In this document: positions 34,920 to 48,030 of the stretch, one piece after another
Layout: each line of letters starts with the position of its first letter
Position numbering within the stretch: position 1 is the stretch's first letter
Assembly (NCBI GenBank): GCA_002189035.1
Contig: NEEC01000012.1
Location: forward strand, 248,001 to 312,000
Length of the DNA stretch: 64,000 nt
Reading direction: 5' to 3'
Source: Utricularia gibba
Lineage: Eukaryota > Plantae > Magnoliophyta
Notes under the pieces: generated by a model
What the model saw: the letters and a program-made list of their open reading frames with translations, nothing else
The model's database searches: none
Told to the model about the DNA's origin: nothing
Position numbers and translations under genes: made by a program

Positions 34920-37900
34920 TATCTCCATATAGTTTTGTTCCCCCAATGTGCATCCCATATGATCAGAAGAAGAGTAACTTTATGCTGTTAGGTTTAACGT
35001 GATTTCGCAACAGCCTTGTGTGGGGATTGACTGAGAATCTTGTAGTGATTGTCGGATTCTAGGTCTTTCCTTGGAACTGTAATTGTCCCTATAATTCATA
35101 CATGATAGTGAAGTTTTTCTGCCTGGTGTGGAGCATCTGAGGTTTTTCCCAAAAAGTTTTCCTCGTTAAAATTCTATGTTCTCCTCATTTTCTTTAATTT
35201 GAGTTACTCACAAGTTTTATCAAATCACCACTCATGTAAAATGAGGTCAAATTATCAAAGATCATGTCAAATTTCTATCAAGGCAGCATTTTGACAAACT
35301 GTACAAGTACACCTTTTTATTCCCAATGCTTATTAATGGAGGATTTCGTTGATATGATCAAACTGAATTCTCATAATTATTCTTTGTAGTGCACAAAGAT
35401 GAAAGCAGTTCTAATCAGCAAAGATCTCCATAATGGTGCCATCTTGGAAAAGAAAAACCAAAAAAGACTAATGAGGCGGATTAAAAGACACTACATCTCA
35501 AAGCATGTGCTTACATGTAGTTTTGTATTGAAAATGCATATAAAAAAAGATTCAGGGATCATGAAGATGTAATAGAGCTGTGGAAGAAAATTGAAGAAAG
35601 TTTCCATTCTTGCATTGCTCAAAACAAGATGATGTTGAACCAAAAACTTATAAGTCTCAAGTACAAGGATAATGAACTTATAACAGATCATATAAGCAAC
35701 TTTGAAGATCTAGTAGATGAAATGAGCTCCAAAGACATGGCCTAGATGATGAAACTCAAGTCATCGAGTTACATTGCTCATTGCCAACTAGGTAGGAGGT
35801 AATGATAGTCACTCTGATGCACACATCTAGGGGGAACTGTCCTATGATTGTGTGGTAAATGCACTATTACATGAATAAATGAGAAAGAAATGTGTCAACC
35901 AAGACACAAAAGGGTCACTAGCTGTTATTCAACAGAAGTGGAAGTGGAAAAGTAAGAAATTCCAGAACAAGAAGAAAGATTGGAAAGAAAAAGGAAAAGG
36001 GGTGCAAGAACCTGATAGAAACAAATATGATGAAGAATCAAGAACTTGTCATTATTGCAAGAATGTTGGTCACATAAAAAGACAATGTAAATTCTGGTTG
36101 AGGACGCAATCACAAAGACAATCTAAAAACGATCATCAAGGCCAGAAGAAGGGTGAAAATTCAGGCATAACACTTGCTCCTATGGAAGAAAAGATGCTGG
36201 TTCTACTCTCTCACTCAGTAAAAAACAGAATTACGATGTCTCAAACAATTGGAGAACCAAACAAGATCACCAAATTTGAATAGATAGTTGACTCAACTGC
36301 TACTTATCATGCCACACCATGCAAAGAAATTATGTCAAATTTTAAATTAGGCAATTATGTAATGGTGGAGATGGAAAATTTGACTATCTTAGAAATTATA
36401 AGCATTGGTGACATTCATATCATCACAAACTATGGGTTTAAGTTCACCCTAAAGAATGTGAGATATGTTCTTGACATTCGGTTAAACCTGATGTCTATAA
36501 ATTGCATAGACTAGTCTCTCTTTGTGAGCTCCTTTGGAAATAAGAAATGGAAGCTTAATTTCTTGAAATACATGTGTTTAAACAATCAGAAAATCTACAC
36601 AGTTTATGGTCAGAAGAATGAGGCATTTGTCAAACAATGGCTTGGATTTTCCAGTGAAATGGAATCTCATCAACAAATGCTCCTTGGATTAGACGGCATA
36701 TGAGAAATTTATAATTGGGAAACATCATAGAGTTGAATTTAAGAAAATATTCAACAAAAGCAATGAGCTATTGAATACTCTGTTCTTTGATGTTGATGTC
36801 TAATTGAGTGTGAATCAGCAGGGGGCATGAAATTCTTCATCAATTTCATAGATGATGTCTCCAGGAAAGCATGAGGTCTTCATGATACACATAAAGAGTG
36901 ATGTATATGCTCACTTTCAAGATCTGCGCATGTTGGTGGAAAGACAAATGAATAACAGGCTAAAGAAATTCTAATTAGACAATGGTGGTGAGTACTACCC
37001 TGATGAATTCGAAAATTATTGTAAAGAAAAAGGGACCAAGAAGATTGCAACCACCTAGGAACCCCTGAACACAATAGCATAGCCAAGAGATTCAACAGTT
37101 GATGATGCCTTGACAGAGTTGCTGCCATCCTCTTAATTCAAGTTATGCATGTAGTGCATGGGTATTTGCAATAGTTAATCCTATGTTGGATGAGTTTAGT
37201 TGGAGGGAGTGATTTATAGTGGGCTTCCTCATTCTCATAATGGGTTGTATGAACAGGCTCACAATCAGCTGGCTCATTTTTTGTAGGCCCCCCCACTCCC
37301 TCCCAAAAAATAATGGCAATGGTTATGACCTCATAGTTACTGAAAATAGAAGCAGCATCACGTACCGGAGTAGGGAGTGAAACCCAAGAATGAAGGAAAC
37401 AGAGATGCTACAGTTTTCTTTTGTTACATCGATCCACTAAATGATTGGAAGAAGTGTGACATTACACTACTGAATTTAACTTGATTTTCTAGCAGCTTGT
37501 GCGGGAATTGACTTAGAAACTTGCAGTGATTGTCGTATTTTGAGCCTGGTCTTGGGTGTATACGATGATAGTGAAGTTTTTCTACCTAGTGTGGAGTATA
37601 GACCAAAAGATGAGGGCAAGCATAGAACGTAAGGAAAAGGAATGTTTATTCACCGTACGTTAAAACAATGGTTTCAATACACTTAAATAGAAGAATGGTT
37701 GGTTTCAGATCCGTTAATCAAGCCTAGTCTTACGCTTGCTTTTATGATCTTCCATGATTGTAGCTACCACATTCAACTGATTCCTATTTATACAAAAGCT
37801 AGTGGTAATGTTCTTCTAGTAACTCATCTCTAAGAAACCAGTACACTTTTTTTCTCCTATCCACTTTATCATTCCTTTGGTTTCTCCTCTTCTACATGGA

Positions 37901-37990
37901 GCACTGGAGATTTTTTCCAAAAAGGTTTCCTCATTAAAATTCTGTGTTCTGCTCATTTTCTAAGGTCAAATTATCAAATATCCTGTCACA
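34920..37990 (+). mobile_element. Degenerate Ty1/copia element with two diverged LTR-like repeats
   Basis: Direct repeats about 34920-35270 and 37405-37990 (GATAGTGAAGTTTTTCT, TTAAAATTCT.TGTTCT, GGTCAAATTATCAAA). Zinc knuckle CHYCKNVGHIKRQC, VDSTATYH, integrase FINFIDD and DNGGEY. No RT. Confidence 0.7.
37597..37896. mobile_element. 300-bp solo-LTR-like insertion within the copia 3' repeat
   Basis: TATAGA...TCTACA termini (inverted, TG mutated to TA); perfect TSD TGGAG at 37592-37596 and 37897-37901; absent from the 5' repeat copy. Confidence 0.75.
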
Positions 37991-37999
37991 ATTGCATGT

Positions 38000-39480
38000 A
38001 GTTCTCCATTCATCACTACTTCAAGTCGCATTCAATCCAAATATGCTTAAATGTCATTCACCTTCAAACTTTGGTTGAAACCATGCACAACTATGCTCAC
38101 CTTCCTAGGATGATAATTGACCCCTAGCCCCTAGGTCATAATCCTTTAATAACTCTAAATACCTACGTTGTCCCATATTTAATTTCTTTTATGTAAACAC
38201 GCAGTTCAGGCTCTAGTGGCCGGTATACAATTCACACTGCACACCTATACAAATGTGCTGCCATATTTTCAAGGCAAAGATTAATGCAACCATTTCCAAA
38301 TCGTGGATTAAATAATTTCTTTTATGATTTTTCAATTACATCAAGACTACCCTTATACCCTTTCCACGGGCATCTGTGTATACTTCACAATCCTTTCCAA
38401 TTTAGGATAATGCTAAGATTAGTGATTGTGTCAAGTGGTTTTTTATTTTTCAAAGCTAATTTGTCATTTGTCCATCCACTTAAATGTCTGGTTCTTCTTT
38501 AATAACTCTATCAATGGTTGAGCCTTCTTTGAGAAGGATTTTATAAACGTTCAATAGTAACCCACCATTCCTAGAAAACTTTGCACATCGTCCATGTTTC
38601 TAGGTGTTGCTCAAGCCGTGACGGCCTCCAACTTCTTTAGGTCTACCACAACTCCTTGTCTTTTAATGATGTATCCCAAGAAATTCATGTTCTCTAAGAA
38701 GATTTCACACTCAGTCACCTAGCATATAGCATCTTCTCTCACAATCTCGTCAGTAAGATCCAAAGGTACCTCGAATGACTCTCGGGATCATGTGAGTAAA
38801 CTAATATATCGTCTTTAAAGACCACAAAAAATTCATCCAAGTAAGGTTGGAATAGTGTGTTCATCAAATCTATAAATATCACAGATGCATTGGTGAGCCT
38901 GAATGGTAAAACAACAATATCCTGCCTCCCAATGTTTGCTTCGAACACATGGATCATAGGAGTGTATCTATGATCACCTTTTCATCCTTCTCTTCCTTCA
39001 CATGATCCAAATGGTAAATCCATCTTTTGCCTCAACTTGGTATACTGCACTACCCTCATCTCCTTCCTTGAACAATTTCGAGCAATATATGCTCTCGAAC
39101 CATAGAATAAACTTTGGAAGCGCATATAGAATTCATCTACTGACTCCTCATTCATCTTTCGAATCATCTGTAATTCTGCCACCTTTTGTGTTAAGACCAT
39201 GTTTGAATAGTACCTATCAAAGAAGTGTTCTTTGAAAATAGCCCATTTCGCCTCAACTCCAGCACTAGTAAGGCTCTTCCACCAACATGCTGCATCCCCC
39301 ACCAAAAAGTCTACCGCAATCCTCCCTCTTTGCTACTTTGACATTTTGTGAATTCGCATGTTTTGTTCAAGCTCCATAAGCCATGCGGGCTTTATCCGGG
39401 TTTCCCCCTCCAAAAGTAGGCATTCTTCCCTTAAGGTGCAAGATTGGTGCCCTCCTCTCCTCTAGTGACGTAGTCATTTC
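38000..39480 (-). pseudogene. Ty3/gypsy (chromovirus/Tekay-like) gag-RT-RNase H fragment
   Basis: Gag FLVGDAACWWKSL; RT PFRLTNAS.IFIDLMN.LF.PYLDEFFVVFKDDILVYS; YHPGK-like RNase H end; the protease region is deleted. Confidence 0.75.
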
Positions 39481-40728
39481 GCCCTTGTCTGATGGTGATC
39501 CCACCACCGCTAGTAATGGTGCTGCAAAGATCTCTAATTCTCCATGGTAAAATTTTCCACAAACTTGGTGGTCTATTCTATGCTCTCCATGGTATGTGGT
39601 GTGCTGCTTTATATTGGCAACCTTTTCTCATTGCTTTGGAATACCTCAATTTAGCTTACACGAGCATTTCAAAGCACTTAGAGTATGCTATGATGGGTAA
39701 ATTTTCGAATACATTTAAAAATATGATTAAATATATTTTCATATATGTGAAATTCAACTAATAGTTGAGATTGTTAAATTTCTTGATGAATTATCTAAGT
39801 TTCATATGTTATTTATAAAATTGAGTTTTTTACAAAGGTTTTTAAAACAACGATTAATATATATATATATATATATATTTATTTATTTATACATTAAATT
39901 TGATTATGACATTTGAAATATATATTTTATATTGATTTTTAAAATATATTTAGATTTATTTAAAATCATAATTTATTTTACTTGAATTTAAATGATAAAT
40001 TATATAAATACAACATATATGTTTGGAAATATTGATTATTTTGCTAATTCCTTGGTTATCATACCCACTTTCATGACACATCTAAAGTTTTCTTTTTTCC
40101 ATTTTTTTTAGTGAGTAGTCATGGAAACAATTAAGAATTCATTCGAAACAAATATGAGTAACCCATATTTGTATTCAAGGAGTGCAAGTTACTCATGTTC
40201 GTAGTCAATGAATACAAGTCTCTTGTATTCATATTAAACGAATACAGATCACTTGGATACAAATATTTTTTACTCGAATATGATTTGAGTTAACTCGTAT
40301 ATTTTAAATATATATAGGACAAGTCATCGATTAACACGAATACGATATTGTATGGTATTGTTGTCTTTCATAAATTATGGCAAACATGATGTTGAGAAAA
40401 AAGTTAAGATTGTAAATATATTTAGCCAACTGAATTAAGAATACGAAATCAATAAATCAAACAAAATTTAAGATAAATGAGACTCAGAGGGACAGATGCG
40501 TGACTGACGGTATTTGCATTAACACACACTTAATACAAAATTAAAATAATAGCAAGGGAAGTGTAGCTCCATTTCGACCAGATCCGAGAGGAAATAAATA
40601 TTTGATTTTTTTTGAAAAAAGATTCCCACGCGGTGCCAGTTTTGCTTTGCGTGTGGCAGTTCTCTATTTCTCAGATCCTTCTCCGGTTGCATTCAAGTAC
40701 CGAAACCCAAGCCGGAAGGCACCGCACA

Positions 40729-42485
40729 ATGTCGCCGGCATCCGCATGCGCCGCCGCACTCTTCGTGCTCGTCCTCCTCGACGTAACGAGTATCGCTCGC
40801 GCTACCAAGGGGAAGTGGGAGCTACTTCTCTCCAACATCGGAATCTCCGCCATGCACATGCAGCTACTATTCTCCGACCGCATCGTCATCTTCGATAGCA
40901 CCAACTTCGGGAGATCGAATATCTCACTACCCGGAGGGCAATGCCGCGGCAGCAATAACGACTGCACCGCCCACTCCGTCGAATACAACGTCGTCACCAA
41001 TGCAGTGCGCCCACTGACGGTGCTCTCCGACGTATGGTGCTCGTCCGGCGCCACATCCCCCAGCGGAGACCTTATCCAAACCGGCGGATTCAACGACGGT
41101 GATCACTCTGTCAGAGTTTTCAACACGTGCGTAAACAATTCCTGCGATTGGCAGGAAATCGGGGGTGCACTGCAGGATCGACGCTGGTACGCCACCGATC
41201 AAATCCTGCCGGACGGCCGGCAGATCATCGTCGGCGGACGGCGGCAGTTCAGTTACGAATATTTCCCTAAGAGTGTCGACGCAGAAGGATCATTCAGTTT
41301 TGCATTCCTCTCGGAAACGAACGATCAGGGAATAGAGAACAATCTGTACCCGTTTGTTTTTCTCAACGTCGACGGAAATCTATTCATTTTCGCCAACAAT
41401 CGAGCCGTACTCTTCGACTACACGGCTTCGCGTGTGGTGAGGACGTACCCGCAAATCCCCGGTGGCCACCCCCGGAGTTACCCCAGCACCGGCTCTGCCG
41501 TGCTTCTGCCACTCACAGGTAATAGATTGTTATTAATTAACCTTTTAAGTATGGAAAAAAGAGAAATGCACGGCAAATCATCAAGCCTAAGTTGAGGGAT
41601 TCCTGAAATGTTAATTTTCAACGTAAATTTTGCTATTTTTATATTTTTGTAGCAGGTAACAATGGGACGGGTACAGAAGTTTTGGTCTGCGGCGGCGCTC
41701 CAAAGGGATCGTACGTCGTCGCGATGAAAGGGGAATTTGTGGAGGCGCTGGATACGTGTGGCCGTATCGGGGTAAACGATGAAAATCCAAGATGGGTCAT
41801 GGAGAAGATGCCGATGCCTAGAACAATGGGAGACATGGTATTGCTCCCAAACGGCGACGTGTTGATCATCAACGGCGCAAGAGAAGGCACCGCTGGCTGG
41901 GAACTGGGCCGCTGCCCGGTTCTGTCGCCTGTACTGTACAAGCCCGACAATCCAACGGCATCGAGATTCGAGATTCAGGCCGCCGCGTGGAGGCCGCGGA
42001 TGTATCACTCCACCGCGGTGCTCCTCCGCGACGGGCGTGTTCTTGTCGGGGGAAACAATCCACACGCGCGTTACAACTTCTCCGGCGTCCTATTTCCCAC
42101 TGACTTGTCGCTGGAAGCGTTTTCTCCGGAGTATTTATCCCCTGAGTTTTCGTGCCTCCGGCCTAACATCGTTGCGCCTCGATCGCAGGTGAAAATCGGG
42201 TACGATCAATCGTTGGCCGTGAGGTTTACCCTTCCACCGCAACGATTTAACACCAGCGCCGTCACGGTGACAATGTATGCGCCGCCGTTTAACACGCACT
42301 CGCTTTCGATGAACCAGAGGCTCCTGGTTCTGTCCCCCGTAAGTGTGAGAGCCATTGGGAAGTCTCTGTACCAGATCCGAGTCCGGACTCCCGGGTCAGG
42401 TAATTTTGCACCGTCCGGATACTACATCCTTTTCGTTGTTCATAGACGTATCCCGAGTGAAGGGATATGGGCACAAATCCATTGA
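40729..42485 (+). CDS. Secreted aldehyde/glyoxal oxidase (galactose-oxidase-like copper radical oxidase, AA5/GLOX); exons 40729-41518 and 41656-42485 (539 aa)
   Basis: Signal peptide; GISAMHMQLL, DVWCSSG, RRWYAT, ENNLYP, PRSYPSTGSAVLLPL, EVLVCGG, PRTMGDM.LLPNG, PRMYHSTA.LL.DGRVLVGG.NP, THSLSMNQR and PSGYY.LFVV. The Cys, Tyr, Tyr-His and His catalytic positions appear present. Confidence 0.92.
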
Positions 42486-43314
42486 AATTTGTTATGTTAT
42501 GTTATTTATTTATTATATCGAATAAAAAGTATTTATTAATTAAATATTAAAGGTGGTTATTAAACGGACGATATATTAAATTAATTAATGGATAAGACGA
42601 CACGAGTGAACAGAAAGGCACAAAATTTTCGGACAGCTTCTATGTGAAACTGGGACACCTCTTGTCTTCTTCCGGGGGAGGCTGCCGACTGCCACGCGCT
42701 TTCTACCTATGGTGTTCTAATTCACGCGATTGCCGCCATTTTCACCGCAATTTGTGGTGGAAGTCAATCGGGTTGGCATTAGAGTTGCGGAGCGAGAGCA
42801 TTATGTTGTGGCTGTGGTTTTTTCAATCAGGTTTTGACACATGCTTCATCTGGGTTAGCGTTTCCTTGTTTTCCTTGGTTGAATTTCTGCATTTTGTCTG
42901 TTTTATATTGTGTGATTTCGTGTGGTCAGCTGAATCGGAAGTTTCAAACGTCTTGCTTGGGCTTTTTTTTTAGTAACTGGCAGGTATTGTTTTCGGAGTT
43001 TTGTTTGATTCTGAGGGCTAGTGGGTTCCCGTTACTGAGTAGTTCATGGTCAATTACACTTGAATTTGTTGTTTGTATGGTAGCTTTTGTTTTCAGTTCA
43101 AGTGTATTGGGTAAAAAAAATATTCTTTAGGGTTTCTTCTCTGTTGCGTTTGGGTTGGGAGCTTGTTCTTTTCTGAGGAACTTGATTGAAGCTGAACTAA
43201 TGGATGTGCTCGTGATTTTCCATTGCAGATTTTGTATCCCTTTCTTGAATTGTAAAAATCGTCATCAATATCTTGGAGCAGTGCAAGAGTTAAGCTCGGT
43301 GTAAGATAAGGCCA

Positions 43315-44994
43315 ATGAGTCAAACTGTGAAACATGGTTTTTCTCACTCGCAGTCATTATCGCCATCCACCATGTATGGCAATAGCTGCTTGCCTCCATT
43401 AAGCCCTTTCCCTCCAAGCGAGTCTTCACGAGCTTCGTCGAGTTCCAATCCGAATGATGTTTCCATGGAGGAAGTAGATGTTTCTTCAAATGGGCCACAG
43501 ATGCTTCCTTCGTTTCCCTGGGAAAATAATTTTAGTGGTGACAACAGTTTTCCTCCACGTAGAGGACATCGACGTTCTAATAGTGATCTTCCATCAGGAT
43601 TCTCTGCTACGCTCCAGTCTGCGCATCAGATGGCTCCTTGCAACCAGGGGAGATTGGGCGATCTAAGAGAAGTTTTTGGAAATGGTAAGTTCGTTGGAGT
43701 GAAACATGACAATGTGGATATTTTTGGGTTTCGTAAATGCAATGGAGCTGAATTTGGTGATATAAGTTCCGATGGAGAGGTTGTTGATGATTTGTTTAAT
43801 TCATTGTTGAATATGGATAATGTGAATGAATTGAACTCTAATGGTGCTCTGGATGTTGATAAAGACACTACCATGGGCTCTGTGAAGTTACCAAGTGGTG
43901 AAACTTACAGTTCCGACTCTGCGAGTTTGAGGCCTGGTGAAAGAGCTAAAAGAAGTGCTACTGGGAATATTGGTCCTCCAGCTAGACATTCAAGGAGCCT
44001 TTCAATGGATAGTGCAATGGTGAAGTTTGAGTTTGATGATGAATATCCAAAAAAGTCTTCTGTGTCGAATCATTTATCACCAAGCAGTTCAGTTAATGGT
44101 GATTCGTATGCGCTCAACTTGGATTTCGGGAATGGTGGATTTAATGACCATGACTTGAAAAAGATTATGAAAGATGAAAAGCTAGCAGAGATCGCACTAT
44201 CGGACCCGAAGCGTGCTAAGAGGTATGGCATTCCTTATAATTAGCTATGACTGTTCCAACATCCAACATAACTTTATCACCACCTGTCTATCAGGATATT
44301 GGCTAATCGACAGTCAGCTGCTCGATCGAAGGAGCGAAAGCTACGGTATATCTCTGAATTAGAGCATAAAGTGCAAACTTTGCAGACTGAGGCAACGACA
44401 CTTTCTGCCCAAGTAACTATCCTACAGGTATGGAGTCACATCCTGCGTGATCACTGATATTTTTAATACTGTTACCAGGGTGAAGTAACTTGTTTTTTCA
44501 TCGCAGAAAGAATTTTCTGAGTTGACCGCTCAAAATAATGAGTTGAAATTCCGTGTTCAAGCTGTGGAGAATCAAGCGAAGCTCAAAGATGGTATCAGTC
44601 TTTTCTTGCTATAGGCTTGTGGATTGCATGTTCAGTTTGTGAATGAATTTTCAATATGTGGGTGATCCATGGTTATAGGATAATGCTATATAAATTTCAC
44701 GCAAGGGGCTTCTCTCAAATCCAATGAAATGGCGTAGCATTGTTCTATGTGTTCATGTTCAGCAATCTGTCCATCTTTCTACTAGCGTATATCATTACAT
44801 GGCCTCGTCCAGCAGTATAATGTGAATATTTAGAGCGTTGAACATGCTTTATTAGCTACTCATATGACCAGAGTTCTTTCGTTGTGGTAGCTTTGAACAG
44901 CTCAATGGCAGCAGAAATTCAGCGCCTGAAGCTCGGAGGCTTGGAGCTCAGAGATGGCTCGAAACAGAAGGAGGCCGGGCAGCGGGCCCCATAA
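43315..44994 (+). CDS. Group I bZIP transcription factor (RF2a/VIP1/bZIP29-30-like); exons 43315-44222, 44295-44427, 44507-44591, 44891-44994 (about 409 aa)
   Basis: Motifs [17 protein letters not shown] and [21 protein letters not shown]|[15 protein letters not shown] (Lys at the group-I position), then a leucine zipper; all junctions are GT-AG and in frame. Confidence 0.9.
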
Positions 44995-46095
44995 GGATGG
45001 AAAGCAAGAAGGACAGGCGGCCTCAGCAAGTTTAATCCAGATCATAGTCCTTTTTTCCTGGTTACATATGATTCAGCAACGTTAAAGCATCAGTCAGATG
45101 GACGATTTTATTTTGGTTTCAATTGTTTGTTCTTTGTATGTATGTTGAAAATAGGAACAATTCATGTGTGTTATTTGGATGCTGTTGAGATATGTTGGAA
45201 TCACATGCGTCCAAGCTCAAAAATAAATCAACGATTCGCATTAGAATCACAATACTGCGGAATCTCAGTCAGGCGTTACGTTTCTTGCAAGAAAACAGTT
45301 GCCTACGAGCTGCACTGACGGACCAAATCAGTCAGTGAAAACTGGAGTAATTTGGCAGAATACCCACTGTCAAAAAGTTCTTTGCTGAATACCTCACCTT
45401 TTTGTAAAATTAGTTGAATATTCCTTACTTTCTTTTTTGTTTGTTGAATAGCCCTAATTGAGGTAATAGAAATAATAAAATAATAAAAAATATTTAATAT
45501 ACTAAAAATAATTACTAAATACGTTTACATACATATATATTATATACTTATTTGATGTTTATAAATTGTATATAAAATACATATATATAAATTATTTGAT
45601 AATTATAAATTATATATAATAAATTTTTCTAAAAAAAATTCTAATTCTAATTTTGAATTTAATTTTAATTACAAATAATCATATTATTTTCTAAAATATA
45701 ATTTATTAAAAGTTCGAATTAAAAAAAATAAAAAAAAAATTCATATATAAGTGGAGACATAACTCCCATTGATGAAGGGCATGGCTTTGTAGGGATGTGC
45801 ATGACATCGCTATGTTTATTTTATTGCAAGATATAGCCGTTGGATTCCAACGGGTGTATCCAACGGCTATATTATTCATTAATAAAAAAAATAGTTAAAA
45901 TATTTTTTAATGGCTAAATTTATTATTTTAATAAATATAATATCATAAATATTCTCTGTAAATATTATACAAGTCATAGAAATTTTCATTTTATCTTCAC
46001 TCATTGATTTTCTTTCTTTCATACATTCTCCTATTTTCTACACAAATATTCATCCTCATTTTTGCATTTACATTCTTATTCATTTTACAAGTGCA

Positions 46096-47974
46096 ATGGC
46101 TACTTCATTCGTAGAGGTACGTGTATTTTGTCGTGACAACAATTTCAATTATTTTACTATTCACATGATGTTCGATGGAGTGCATGATGAATATCTTCAT
46201 CTCAAAAGAGGGATCAAGTTTGAAGGACTCTGTCGTCGTTTATATGCGATAATAGGTACGAATCCAAATCAATCTTCCCTTAGAATTATTGCTTGATATA
46301 TTGAAGGCGAAACTGGAGCACCAAACTATATTCCCATTACCGATGATTACTCTTTGCGGTTTGTATTCCATCCTATTAATACACAGTCCGGTGTCAACAT
46401 CGTCATCGCACTAGAAAATATCCCTTTTAACATCACTAATGCATCCGGAAGTAGAGGTATGTACAAGCTAAAATTTTATTACATTAAATTTGCATTTGCT
46501 AATATATATATTACTTTTTATGAAGGTGTAAATGTCGATTTTAATATACCGAATGAAGATCATTTATCTAGTGTCTCAAGAATACAAATGAATGACAATG
46601 AACCATATGAGCGACGAGATGGTATGATATCAGTCCACTTATTTTTCTGATGTACAAGTCATGCCACAAGAGGAAAATGAAGGTAATCATTCAGATTTAG
46701 AATCACATTCTAGTGAAGATATACCAGAGACGATGTGGAGTGACACAGAAGACTGTCTACATGCTGATAACAATGAAGACAGAAATATTGAATTTGGTCC
46801 ATATGAGCGTAATCCTCCCATGTGGCAAGACTGCCTATTCATCTAATATTCCGGTGGAGTATGATGCGAATACAATGATGTTAGCTTCTGGACTCATATT
46901 CGAAACGAAGGTCAAGTTACAAACTGCAGCAACGAATTATTCCGTTTTTATTGCTAGACAGGAATTTCATGTGCTAAAGACTTGCAATACACGCTACGAG
47001 TTGATTTGTCGGGAGAATCATGACAACCGATCAAGATTTGCATGGCATTTGAAAGCACGCTTTCAAAAACGAACACAAGTATGGAAAATTACATCGATGC
47101 AGGAACCTCATACTTGTGATGTTCGTAACTCTTTGGCAAGAGAACATGTTAATCTACGGAAGGAATTTCTTGCAAGAGCATTTTTGGAAGTCGTAAGAGA
47201 TAAACCAAGGATTAAAGCTTCCACGATTCAAGGAATGATACTTCAAAAGTTTAGATTCAAAGTTTCCTATTGGAAAGCATGGTCTATCCTAATAAGAGCA
47301 TGCAAGATTGTATATGGTACATGGGAGGAATCAACTGCAGAATTACCTCGATATCTTTAAGAGGTACAAAGAACTAATCCTGGAACTTTGGTTCGTTTCT
47401 ACAATACATAGAGCTCCGCAGGTTATCTTCTCCGTTACGTGTTTTGGGCATTTGGACCATGCATCGAAAGATATAAGTATTGCCACCCTGTTATACAAGT
47501 TGATGGGACACATCTCTATGCTCGATATAACTACAAGTTACTCGTCGCAGTTGTTACCGATGCTGGAGGAAATTGTTTCCCAGTGGCTTATGCCATTGTA
47601 GATGAGGAATCAAGTTCGGCATGGACGTGGTTTTTAGAATTGCTAAATGAGCATATTGTATGTGGTCGTCATCCCACGTGTATAATTAGCGATCGAGGAT
47701 CTGGACTTCTAGCTGCTGCAAATATGATGCCAAGTTTTCGGGAGCCTTATGGATATCATCGATTTTGTCTCCGACATGTGCGCATGAATTGTTTGACACA
47801 TCACAAGAGTAAACATTTGCATGGTTTAATATGGACTGCAGGGAATACGCATTGTCGACATGAATTTCAACGATTAATGGATACAATCTATCGTACTCAT
47901 CCTGGAGCATATCAATACTTGATGGATATTCCATTGGATATGTGGACGTTATCACATGATGAAGGAGTAAGGTA

Positions 47975-48030
<56 letters not shown>

